From Eledone cirrhosa (Eukaryota): a stretch of 64,000 bases of DNA. This document shows, piece by piece, positions 1 through 13,455 of this stretch (its first letter is position 1; every line of letters begins with the position of its first letter). Where the stretch lies: NCBI GenBank assembly GCA_964016885.1, contig OZ024740.1, positions 310,186,001-310,250,000 on the forward strand, in the 5' to 3' direction. Both the position numbers and the translations under genes were made by a program. The notes beneath the pieces were generated by a model. The model did not search any database. It was not told where the DNA came from and saw only the letters and a program-made list of their open reading frames with translations.

Positions 1-1114
1 GAAACAGGAATGTCAATCTAGTGTTAATATTTTCTTCAATATTTTACCGAATTTCGTGGTTTACATTGATTGATTATTGGCGCTATGCTATCACAAACGA
101 TATGACGGTGTTGATAGGTGTATGGTAATTGTTATATTTAGATGAATTGCATTGAGTGAAATCCATCCCAAAATATTTACAATCGTTAAAGATCACACAC
201 TTTGTTTGTAGGAAATAATACACAGAACGATATATATCATGTGCATGCAAAACCAACATGCGGGGCCGTTTTTTATTGAAGTGTTTCGTACATTTGGCAT
301 GCGTATTGATGTCAGTAAACATTATAAATATATGTAACTGGAGGATGGAAAATAAATATATTTTTATAAATAGAATTTATTTCATAATAAATCATGTATT
401 ATAATCATGTGTCATTTTGAATACTCAGTGATAGGCTTAAGTGCTTGTAAAGAATATATTTGCGTTTCCAACAATAAGACATCATTTCTGTGGTTACAAC
501 AAAAATATTCTTTAGTAATCCATCACATTTCTTCTTTTCATAAAGGTTTTTTTATATCTTCAAATGGATATATGACCGTTATTGCAAAAAATGAGTGATA
601 AAAAATTTAAGTGGTAAACCCTTTTTTGATTTTTCACCCATACTAATGATCAAGATATTTGATTCTTACATTATTATAAAATAGAGAGACTTGAATTCTG
701 GAATCTAATATTAACATTTGTACTAGAGTTATGTAGCTTTTGTTTTCTGTGTTATCAAGATATTATTGTTTTTATTGTTATATATATGCAATCAAAAATC
801 ATAAATAAAAAATATATTCGGCATTTAATTGTCGGGCTTTATCAACATCAATAAAAATTTATTTCAGTAATCAGTACAATTTATAATCTCACATTACATT
901 TCACAATGTAATTTCTATATGTTTTCTTTTCTTCTCTCTCATTTCTAGGGATCCCAATAGCGTGGACTAAGAATTTAAAGAGTTAAATATCACGTCCATT
1001 CTTATAAGTAATCATCTTATGTATAGTAAGAAAACAAAGTGTAAATTTGATCAAATATATGCTATGGTTCCATATATATTTAATTCTCTCAGAAATAATT
1101 CCCCAACCACTTAC

Positions 1115-1240
<126 letters not shown>

Positions 1241-1338
1241 ATATAGAAATGGTTTCTACAGGATTAGAACTGTTTCATTCGAAGGAAATGTATTGAATAC
1301 CTTACTTACTGTGGTTACCCCCAATTGAACCCGGGACT

Positions 1339-1448
<110 letters not shown>

Positions 1449-2570
1449 TGTGTGTGTAAGTGTGTGTGTGTGCTTATTTTTATCAACCCATTAATTATGC
1501 AATGTCCATAAATATGTTTATATATACTTCATATCTATAAATACAAGTGCACATATACTTCACATATTAAAAGAGCAATAACAAGAGCTTTAATTATCAT
1601 ATGGTGTTTTATAAAAGAAAATATTGCAATATTCGTAACTAAATAATAATCAAATAACTGTACTAAGTACACCAATAAATATAATAATGAGGAAAACAAA
1701 GATCATCAATAATTACACCAGCAGATTTGAAAGCAAGCAGCGTAAGTAACATCCGCAGCAGCAGCAGCAACAACATTGAAAACAACATCAATGACATATT
1801 AAACTCCAGGAACCACAACCATCCAAAATATTCACAATGTCTACAAATCATAATCGAAGTTTGCCATGTGAAACACGCAAATTCAAGTAATTCTAGCGTT
1901 TATTTTATCTTTGAACCTGGGGATATTGTTAATGCTGTTGTTTTAGTTGCTGTCACTGCTGAAAGATTTTACTAAAAATTCGTTACATAAAGAAAATTTA
2001 ATAACAAAATATCGCCAAGATTGAATTTGTTTTACTAAATACAATCATATTTTCTCAATAAATAAACATTTTAAATAAATAATACTTTCTTTACTATTCT
2101 CCCATATAACAATCAGAGACAAATGTTATAATTTTCTCTCAAACATTGTAAATTTGTTCATCATTATAACAGTAAGTTTTACAATAACTGTTTTTATTAC
2201 TGTACAATCTATCTTCCATTTCTATACTATGTCAATAGTCTTTGGAATAATGTCATGTCAAATATCAATAGCATTCTGGGTACTATTACATGAAAGACAA
2301 CAAATTGTTTTACATTCTTCCGGCAATGTACACACTTAATTTTTGTACAAACAACTAATATATTAGACACCAGATACTACACAGTGTTTTAGATTTGCTG
2401 ACGTAGACCATGTCACAGTAAATGATGTTTTACTACTTCTTCCAAACCTTCCTACATTTTTATACACACAAATAAATGTATATGACAACTAACATATTTC
2501 ATCTTTTTTGGCGATATGCGCATATGTATATGCACAAATATATGCATATATATGTATATATATATGCATA

Positions 2571-2674
<104 letters not shown>

Positions 2675-3341
2675 CACATATGTATATAGCGACTGTCTGT
2701 GTATATGTATATCTGTACATGGGTCGTCTATATTTCCAAATAAACATGCTGAATATCAATGCATTTTAAATTGCATAAGTTATGCATATACGAAACATTT
2801 GTGCACAAACTTATATATATCAACTGTTCTGCATATGTATATATATATACATATATATATGTACATGCATGTTTGTGTATGTGTGCATATATATATACAT
2901 GTAAATGCGTCTATGTATATGATTGCATATGCATGTTATTATAAAATATACCTACATTTATATATATATATAAATATATGTACGTGAATGTACGTATTCT
3001 GGAAACGGAAATACATCATGGCACCTCTGTAAATTCGTATATTCCTTTACATTTGAATTCATTATTTAGGTTTCATGATATTTATTTACACTTTACAAAT
3101 CAAATGCAGTCGACCACTATTTGAAACGACGAGGTGATACGCTTTCTTTGAAAATGCCAGAATTTTTCGCTTTTTCTCACACCATGCGTTTGGCAGTTTC
3201 CTTCACTTTCTCTGACTTGCATTGTTGATAAGTTTAGGATTTCTCATCCAGCTAAATGCTAGCGCTCAAATCCAAAGCCAGTCCTTCTTCTTGAGTGCTA
3301 GCCGTTTCCTTGCAATCACCATTATACTGTTATGAGAAACC

Positions 3342-3638
3342 TCAAACATAGAACTCAGCGTTAGAAATAGTACACACTTCCGTTGTGGACGTTCTTTTTA
3401 GAAGTCGACTCCTCGTCCCTTCCTCAGTTTCCCGATCTGCTTCCCTATGTTCCTCATTTGGGTCTATGAGGAGGTTGCGTGTACATCTGTAAATGATATA
3501 GATGACGCAGGCAATCAATGTAATCGTCCCAAGCGTAAGAATAATACCAAATCGCATCTTCTCTAACGTTCGTTTGTCTACATTCATCCGGCGGTAGTAC
3601 TCCTGAGCAGGAGACAGGTTTGAAACCGAACGTTCCAT
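3342..3638 (-). CDS. Candidate 98-aa single-pass membrane protein (or terminal coding exon) with C-terminal PDZ-ligand-like EFYV
   Basis: ATG at 3638 in AAAAAT-ATG-G context. Non-repetitive ORF, GC-richer than its flanks. One hydrophobic helix (FGIILTLGTITLIACVIYIIY) followed by RC and a charged tail ending SNAEFYV*. A polypyrimidine-CAG acceptor-like site lies just upstream (AG at 3704-3703). No homology search was possible. Confidence 0.5.
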   Translation of the reverse strand: MERSVSNLSPAQEYYRRMNVDKRTLEKMRFGIILTLGTITLIACVIYIIYRCTRNLLIDPNEEHREADRETEEGTRSRLLKRTSTTEVCTISNAEFYV

Positions 3639-4153
3639 ATTTTTTAGGGAGATTAGATTTATAACGTGGTGTGTTCTGGATCCTGTTGGCCGGATAGAAT
3701 CGCTGTGGCGAATACAAAACAGTTTCAAATGACATAATAATAATACGATAACCACATGCTTTTTAATGAATATTCAGCGATTTACGTCATGCTAAAAGGC
3801 AATTCTTAGATATATTTTGAGAATTTTACTTATTTCAGCATCTATACGTATTGATATTGTTCTTTACTGTTTATTAAACTCTACATATAGCTTTCAAATA
3901 AACGAAACTGCCCCCATTTCTATGCATAGATAAATGGACTACAACTGACGCTCTTGTTTTCTCCAAAATTATTTATCTGGTTTCTATTACAAACCTGATT
4001 GCATCTATTTTACATATGCATTGATACAAATTCCTATATTCATTCAGCAAAGTACGAAATACTATTTCAGAAATACTCTAAAGATACCCTCATTTCCTTC
4101 ATTCTTGGATTATGATTATTAATATTTCATCATCTTTTATTTTGATTAATATA

Positions 4154-4210
<57 letters not shown>

Positions 4211-4430
4211 CTGATTTAATAAATGAAAATCAAGTAAAGACTGCACCTGAAATTAGGCATGCAAGTACAGGTATTCAAAGTGTATTGAAAAGATGGTTTA
4301 ACAGTTCATGATTATATAATCTGGGTGACTTACCGGATCAATGGTCCTACCGTATATAGACATACAAACAGATATATCTATCTATATATATATATATATA
4401 TAATATATAAATATATGTATGTATCTATAA

Positions 4431-4518
<88 letters not shown>

Positions 4519-4983
4519 CAGATTTAGCACAAATGTACCTTTGTAATTTTATTGAACAGTGTACAAGTTGAATATGTGTAAATATCTATTTGAATATTTC
4601 AATACATTTCCTGTAATACATCGTTCCTTCAACGAGAACTTTGGAAGCTTCAGAAAATACAACCCTACGGCAATGAAATGAAGTAAAGAGCACAATTTGG
4701 AATTATTCACTTTATACCATAGGATGCTGATAGTGCGGTTTCCAGTCCTATATTCGCGGGAAGCACTATGTATTAGGCTTTTCCCTGTATATAGGAACTG
4801 TGCAGACGATTTCTTAATCCATTAAGGTATTTGTTTTTACAATATATATACATATATTTTCATAATCATTTTACTATATATTTTTATAGGCATGTGCACT
4901 TTACGTATACATATTTATATATTTACAATTTTTTCAGGGAATCATATATGTATGTACGTATATATATATATATATGTATGTAC

Positions 4984-5057
<74 letters not shown>

Positions 5058-5713
5058 TACATAAATATAACGCACTTATGTAAATGATAATAAGTGAATA
5101 TTACTTGATATTTGGTGTTGAATATTGAATGTAAAAACGTGCTCAAATATTAGAAGGGCATTCAACAGAGATTTAACCTGCAAAATTATAATGCCCTGTT
5201 TACAAGCGTATATGTATCCTTTAGAACTCCTATGTGATCCAGGGTTTTGCAGACTCAGTAATGTATCCTCACCCTTTTCACCGTTTTCTTTATCTAAACT
5301 GTCATCTATACTGTTCATGCCAGAGTTGCAGGGAACAGTTTATAGCTAGTCCTTCCATTATGGGGATAATCTGAGGAAGTTTTGTTACTGTAAATCCAAT
5401 ATATTCCTGGTGCATCAACTGAAATATAAAATTTAGAAAACAAAATTAGATATTTAAAGAACGGAACAGATATTTTAGAAAACTTCAAATCGAATGCAAT
5501 CATTAAAAATAATGTATGAAATCAATAAAAATAATGAATGAAAGTAATTTTTGGTAATTTAAATCATAAATTGACATGCATTTAACGGTAGACATTCAAG
5601 CGAAACTCTTTACATTTACATGTAAAGAATGTAAATATATATTTATGTACATAAATAAAGACGTATATCCTTATCTATGCACGCACGCGCATATATATAT
5701 GTAGATATGTAAA

Positions 5714-5856
<143 letters not shown>

Positions 5857-8203
5857 AGAGAACAGAGAAAGAGAAAACAGAGGGAGAGGGAGAGAGAGCA
5901 GAGGGAGAGAGAGAGAAGAGTGGAAGCGTGGTAACGTGATTAGAGATGTTGTTGCATTTGTGTTGATGCCGTTGTTTTTTACCTTGTTGTTTGTGCAGCT
6001 GGTTTGTTGGTGGTGGGAGTACCGGTGTCTTTGGTGCTGGTGTTGATTGTGCTGCTGCTGTTCTCGGTAACATTAAACTGCGATTGGTGCCTCAGTCGAT
6101 GTTGTAGTTACTGCACCATCACTGAAACTCAACAGGTAGGAGCTGACAAAGTTTGGCCTAATAATAAGACACTTCCCACAGATTTGGAGCCATCTTACGA
6201 CATCTGACTTTGTAAGAAATATATGCCGGCCGCCCACGCATATCTGACGTTGTACGTTAAAGGAGAATGAGATTTGCTGGTCACTGCCGTCATGCCACAT
6301 ATGAGCCTGTGTCCCGTAAATGCTTTGGAAACCACAAGCAGTCACTAATAACAGGGGGTGCAAGCTCTCCTATCCCGATGTCATCTCCAGAGACCCTGGT
6401 ATTGAAATCCAGGATTGGCATCGGCAATGAAAGACAGACCCAGATGGAGATCAATTGTTGAGTCGAATTCGACTGTGGCCGCCGGATGATGGTGATGATC
6501 AGTTTATCAACGAATCGGACCAGTCTGCCCGTCTGTCTCTATTACCTATTATTTTCCTATTCACTTTGTTCAATGTGTACCTGTGTTTGTAAGAGTACAT
6601 TTATGCCGGAATGTAGAAGAACATATTTATTTAGGACAAAAGAAAGTGTTGTTTGCAAGCCTCCAAAATATACTGTGAATTCATATCACCCTCTACTATA
6701 TATGTGAAGATATATATTGGTCACATATATTTTACATAGTAAAAAACATATACCAATGTGGATTTATACGCACATTTATTTCAAGCGTCTGCTAATTTTC
6801 TCTTAATTTGCTTTATCACCACAATATTAGCTTCCTCTGTTTTCATAGTCCTTTCTATATAATTCCTATTAGTACATAGCTATTTTTTTCTTCAGAAACT
6901 GACATACTTATGTTCAAACGGAACAGGAAACGCACTGAATAGGACGTTACAAGCATATGAACACCGCGATACTTGTATGTTCAGCCTATAGAAAATACAT
7001 TGAATAGCAAAAGTTAAATTGTTACCATAGATGGCTAGAATTAATCATTTATTCAATAGCAATCATATAAGCTAAGGACTTCATCAAATCATTTCCAATT
7101 TCTCTAGTCAAATATAAATATTTTTATTGCATAGCGTTACATTGTAACACTATATAATACCTTTCACCATGTATGACTGCAACAAAAATGAAATATACTC
7201 CATCACTTATACTTTAAACGTCTATAATTAATTTCATGACCAGTTTTGTATAAAATAACATTGTTAGTATTATGAGCTACAATTACTACATACTCCGTTA
7301 CTTCCTCGTTTACCTCGCTGAATTACCATTAAAATAGAAAATAGCAAGTATGCCAATAAAAAAAGTATTTAATCTGTATAGGTCTAAAGCACTTGTGGAA
7401 TTACTAATATTGAAGTGTTATGATATTTAAGCACTTCAAAACTGTTACGAGCCCTACGACTTATTTGCTTGAATTAATTTCAATGCAATATCTTTCACCA
7501 GAATAAAACGACACGCAATGATATTTGTAATTAACCACATGTTCCGTATGTTGCATATTTGATTAGTCAGCAATAAAAAGCAGAAAGCAGCATACCATCA
7601 ACGGTTCATCACTAAACGATAGCATCGGTGTATTTTTTTGCTCGCATATTAATCATTACTTTTTTGTTTTACAAAATTAACATGTAATCTATAGTTTTGA
7701 TCCATTGAATGTGTCTTCTAAATGTAGTAGATAAGAAGTAGTTGAGACAAATAGGGGCTATCAACCACGACTAAACATTTTTCATGTGTTATTAGTTTAG
7801 TAATTTAGGGCATATTATCATATATATCTTGTCTTCATATTTAACCTTGCGATTGCATTTAATACAGCTTTCTAACTTTTGCAGAAATATTTGCGACACA
7901 TTTACGCCCTTATATAGATTGGTAGTTATTTAATAATCATGCAAAGATGAAAGACAAACTCAAATCGGTAAGATATGAACCCATTTTATAAAGAAAGATA
8001 CTTAAATAGCGCGAATAACTAGTCCCTTACTACATCCTTTAAAATAATTTGCTTTTGGATATGAAAGGGTTATCCCAGGTGCATAATCTTATGCAGACTG
8101 AATATTTAAACATGTTCATCATTAAAATAAAAGAATCGAGTTTTAGATATTAACGAATTTCAGATTGAAATACCCACTCAAGTTACCCGAATGCGGATAA
8201 CAA

Positions 8204-8204
<1 letters not shown>

Positions 8205-8234
<30 letters not shown>

Positions 8235-8360
8235 AAGAAGAAGAAGAAGAAGAAGAAGAAGAAGAAGAAGAAGAAGAAGAAGAAGAAGAACAACAACAAC
8301 AACAACAGCAACAACAACAAAAACAACAACAACAACATCAACAGCAACAACAACGGCAAC
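8205..8360. repeat. (AAG)n followed by (AAC)n-like trinucleotide microsatellite
   Basis: Directly visible; explains the poly-R/T/L/F ORFs. Confidence 0.95.
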
Positions 8361-9945
8361 AGATGATCTGAAAGGCATATGGTCCTGAACAAAACAGCAT
8401 TATATAATAAACGAAATCGTGAAGACGTTACATAAAAGACGGAATAGAGTTTTATAAAACCACGAATGAATATATCATGACTATAATCTTATAGGTATTT
8501 TGTAAATAAAGTAGCTTAAAAAGTGGAAAACATGATAGAAAATCAACTATTTGGCCCGAGTAAAGCATAACAGATATTTGATCACCATCCACATATCTAA
8601 TACTTTCTTGTGATCATCGAAATAACATGCTAAAATCTCTTCGGTGAATTCATTACGGGAGTATTTTATTCCCTGGAATATATTTTGTCATTAAAATGGA
8701 AAATCCATCTTTTGGCTCGGCTGTTAATGATCTTCAACTCCCAGTCCATTCAGACTATGTAAGTTTCCATTCTTCGATTTATACTCAAATTATAGAAATG
8801 CATTGGAGTCGGTTCTGCTGCGCATGATTCGCAGTGTGTGGGTTGTTCGAAGATTGCATTTCTCTCCTCTATCACCTAACATTTTCTTCATTGTTTGCTA
8901 TAAAATGTTATTGGTTCGTCTCGGATCTATCTGGTTCGTATCCTCGTAAGTGAATGGGGAGGTAGTGTTAGGAGGTGAGTCATCCTCATGAATTGATTGT
9001 TCAAGTGACGAACTGCGAGCAGTAGCCTATGAACAGATCGAGTCTGGAACCAAAGAAGGTGCAAATTTCCTGCCATCCGGCTGCCACAATTTAATGTCCT
9101 ACATTAACAATTGATTCTAGCACTTGCTCTTTTCTAATGTACCAGCTAATCAGCGCTGCAATCCCTAAAAGCCAAATACATTTGACTCGGTGCCCGCCTA
9201 TGGAATGATATTATTGCTCTGATTTCTCCAGGCTTCATATATTTTTTCAATTGTTTTGACCTCTTCACTTGTACATATTAATTTACAAATATACTATTTA
9301 AGCAGTGGGCAATGTTAGATTCTATGGTTCTGAACATCCCCGTTGAATTACAAAGGTCCATGTCAATTCCACAAGATGCCAATAAGCTGCCTCTTTAAAT
9401 AAACTTAAAGCTGTTCATGTACACACCTTATATATCCGGCTACAAAATAGATTTATTTGTATTTACATTCATTATGCTTGCAGAATGTTCATGGTTTTTC
9501 TTTCGATTGGTGTTGTTAGGCTCACTTTATATATTTTGAATGACGCCGAACCAAAATAAATTGTACAATACTGAATAAGATTCATTTTTACGAAGACCGC
9601 ATCAATTAAATAAACTTGTCTGGTTAAAATCGGTTTTCGTGACACGCATATGGACAAAATAACATAATACTTTTGGAAATACTTCGGTAAAGATTGTAAA
9701 TGAAATTCAACGACGAAAGCTCAGGAAAATACATCCGTTGAAGTCAGCATCCAAGAATAATTATTATTTGTAACTTAAGTATCCTCTCAGGAATTGATCT
9801 ACTCTTTATGTCGGACCTAATACAGCGACCCTCTAATCCTGAACGGTAAATAAGCATTCGACAATATTTTATTCAACTACGTTTTAGGATGAAGCATTCT
9901 GTTCAAGTATCTTCATTGTTAATCATCAACTATTATTACATTAAT

Positions 9946-10135
9946 TGCGGTGGATTGGCAGTATCGGTAGAGGGTCGGATGTCATGCTTTGCAACAAAGC
10001 GTTACGGCCCTTTATGGTCTGAGTTCAAATGCCGCCGAGGTAAACTTTGCCTTTCATCCTTACGGGGTCGATAAAATAAAGTACCAGCAATACACTGGAA
10101 TAATTGAGCATTGTGCCAAAAATAGAAACAATTAT
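9946..10135 (+). mobile_element. tRNA-derived SINE (abundant family in this window)
   Basis: A-box-like TGGCAGTATCGG, B-box-like GAGTTCAAATG, and core AACTTTGCCTTTCATCCTTACGGGGTCGATAAAATAAAGTACCAG, shared with at least 8 other copies in the window. Confidence 0.9.
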
Positions 10136-10441
10136 CCCAATAATTTCGAACGTAACAAGTATGAATTGCTATAATACATTGGAGGAATATATGTAATGCG
10201 AACAGAAGGAAAATAATGCCTGAAATATGCGTACTGCCTAAGATAATATGATATACTAGACCACAAGAGACCCGTTGGGTCACGTTCACCTCAAAATATT
10301 TTTTAAAATCATGTTCACGTAACAACAATTTTTTGATAATTAACATATACACAGACATGTATGTAATGTGAAATGAAACTGGAAGGCCCATATATATACG
10401 TGTGTGTATGTATATATATATATATATAAATGTGTATGTGC

Positions 10442-10535
<94 letters not shown>

Positions 10536-10555
10536 ATATATATATATATATATAT

Positions 10556-11065
10556 AAATGGAAAAGAATGAAACGAAATTTCATTTCTCACTCTTAGTAC
10601 GGCTGATATCTAAATATAAGTATGTATACGTACATACATATATGTGTACAGACGTACAATAGTATGTATATATATATACATACATGCACACATATATATA
10701 TATACATATGGGTTTACCGAACATTTATTATAATGTTCGGTTTGTTTGTACAGCCCGAATTACGCCGTACAGTGCTCGGCAACCATCATTGCCCTTTTGT
10801 TCAACACTGACACAGGAACGATGTACTAGTTTCAAGCTTATTAGCTATCGTCAGCATCGTATACCTTTCTGTCAGATGATTGAACGTTTGAAAGTATATA
10901 CTTTCCTTGTGCATATTAACGGCTGAGCAGCCTAATTTGCATACCGTATGTGTGCATGTATGTATATCGTTTGTGTGCATGTATATGTGCATGTATGTAT
11001 ATATATACATACTACTGTACGTCTGTACACATATATGTATGTACGTATACATACTTATATTTATA
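10556..11065 (-). mobile_element. HHR-bearing fold-back element between microsatellites
   Basis: Inverted arms of ~85 bp (10611-10695 / ~10978-11062) enclose a spacer holding a minus-strand HHR. Confidence 0.6.
10818..10860 (-). ncRNA. Minimal type-I hammerhead ribozyme, canonical core
   Basis: Minus strand reads ACGATG-CTGACGA-tAGCT aata AGCTt-GAAA-CTAG-TA-CATCGT: 6-bp stem I, stem II, palindromic stem III (ACTAGT), GUA cleavage triplet. Confidence 0.85.
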
Positions 11066-11110
11066 TATGTATATATGTGGGTGGTTGTGATCTATATACG
11101 CTAGTAATAG

Positions 11111-11153
<43 letters not shown>

Positions 11154-11286
11154 CACTGACATATATATATAAACAACACCACCACCAGCTCTCACTCTTC
11201 CATTCTCCTACTCTGTCTCCTCTCCTCTCTCTATGTCACTCTTTCAATCTACTCTCTCACAACCACTATCTCTTTCTCTTTATCCT

Positions 11287-11353
<67 letters not shown>

Positions 11354-12267
11354 ATGTTTATGAAGGTACCCCCATATCCCTGGAACTTGTGATTCGATTC
11401 ACGCGATAATTGTTTTAATACATTTGTATTCCCATTTCACGGTCAACTTCCTTTCAAAGTATTTTCCCATTATGCGCCCTTTTGGCAAGCAAGCAAACAA
11501 GCAATCACAGACTTTAAGTAATATATAGATAGATATTGACCCATGAAAGCCTATAGCATTAAAAAGTAATATATATTCGTGTATAGCTGCCTGTATCATG
11601 AGGTTTTTGTACTTCATTGCATTCAAAATAATAAATAAATACACAAAAGGATTTCTGGCATAGTTGCTCTAATATGATACCTTGTTGGAGGAAGATCAAT
11701 GTGTATACTGGAGGATGTGTGTGTGTCAACAATGCGTAATATGCTCCTACAATACAAACAAGGCAAGTAAGCTATAATTGTTACATGAAAGGGATTAGAT
11801 ATAAATTCGTCTTAATGGATTTTATGAGAAAGATAGAAATCTCGACAGATAGTGAATGAATATGCATGAAAAATGTGTACTTTTTAAGCACATTTCAAAA
11901 TGTTTTCTAACTGTGGTTGAAGGAGGCAAAACTGATACTGATTATAGTGATCCCAGATCGAAGGAAGATGATGCTCAAATTGAGGAGACGTAAACTAAAA
12001 AAGTGTAGGTACGTAAACAATTCCAGCCAAGGTACGATAGCATAGTATTAGCATTCAGATGATTTCTAAAACAAACAGGAAAATTGTAAATTCTTAATGA
12101 GGTAGGAGCTAGGGATCATGAATGGTATTCCAGGATTGCCGCGCTATTGCACAAACAACATATTGATGGGGACAGACAATAGGTGGTAGACTTTAATATA
12201 TATATGTATGGGCTTGCTGATGATTTGTTCCGATTGAAACAGTTCTATTCCTGTAGAAGCCATCTCA

Positions 12268-12355
<88 letters not shown>

Positions 12356-13019
12356 ACGTGAGTGTGTGCATGTATGTATTCGATCAATGACAATCAAGTT
12401 ATATTTAGTTAGCTTTCGTTTACAAATTCTAGTTGAGAGCTTTGGATTTTGAGGCTGCGAGAAGTCTTTTGTTTCCTCATCCGAAAATAACCGCCAAAAG
12501 ATTTCAGCTGGCTGAATTCTTCTTTTGAGTAAGGTCACATGACTACAGACTGAATTACTGCTACAATGCTACAATCAGCGTGAAAGTCTGTGGTAAGTTG
12601 AAGTTGTTTTTAATAAAGGACGAAACCTGCAGACGAAGGAACTCCAGTTAGAGCGTGGAAGTACAGATGTAAATGTATTACTTGTGCATTACATAGCATG
12701 TTAAATGACTTCCAGGGGTTCAAGAAAACTATCCGAGATTTTATTAATTATATCAATTTTAATCAATCAGAGATGGTCCAGGTATGAAAACCATTTTTGT
12801 ATATATCGTTATTTTGTTGTGTGTATAGTTTGTGCCTTCGGTCGGTTATCTTTGTGTCACATTTTATGACTACGGTGTTTAACTCTGGACTTAATATTTG
12901 TTTTTAACTTTCGATCAATTGAGTGCTCTGTGATTGCCTCAAAATAAATTGAATTGAACATGCTGTAGTGCAGCTAAAGTTCGATTTACAAAAATTATAT
13001 ATATATGTATATATGTACA

Positions 13020-13094
<75 letters not shown>

Positions 13095-13404
13095 CACATG
13101 GTAAGGTGCATATACATAGACGTTACGCTGTTACCACTCGAGGGAAAGCCGGTTCAAGCGATTCCGAAGCACTTCACGTCAGTAGTATATCCCAACTAAA
13201 GACTGGTGATTATGAGTGACGGAATGTTCATTTATTAAATAAAAGTAGTTCAGCTGGCTTACTTCACCGCAATTACTTTATTGTATGATCTATATTACTG
13301 TTACTTGGCATGTGACTTCATCAGATTATCATACGATCATAGTTCTTAATACATGACCAGCGACATTTCCGCATAATTGTATAACTGCACATATAATGGT
13401 ATGA

Positions 13405-13455
13405 GCTACTGATGAAGTCACATGTATAATCATGTAACGGAAATATATATTTTGC
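13405..13455 (+). ncRNA. Degenerate minimal HHR, with a decayed inverted partner at ~13278-13330
   Basis: gcta-CTGATGA-aGTcACATG tataat CATGTaAC g-GAAA-TATATA-TT-ttgc. A 16-bp inverted repeat CATGTGACTTCATCAG / CTGATGAAGTCACATG links the two copies. Confidence 0.5.

Noticed and set aside
12210-12266. CTGATGA..GAAACAGTTC motif, related to 1245-1280 on the minus strand
   Set aside because: Stems I and II pair poorly. Probably a decayed family member, but too weak to call.
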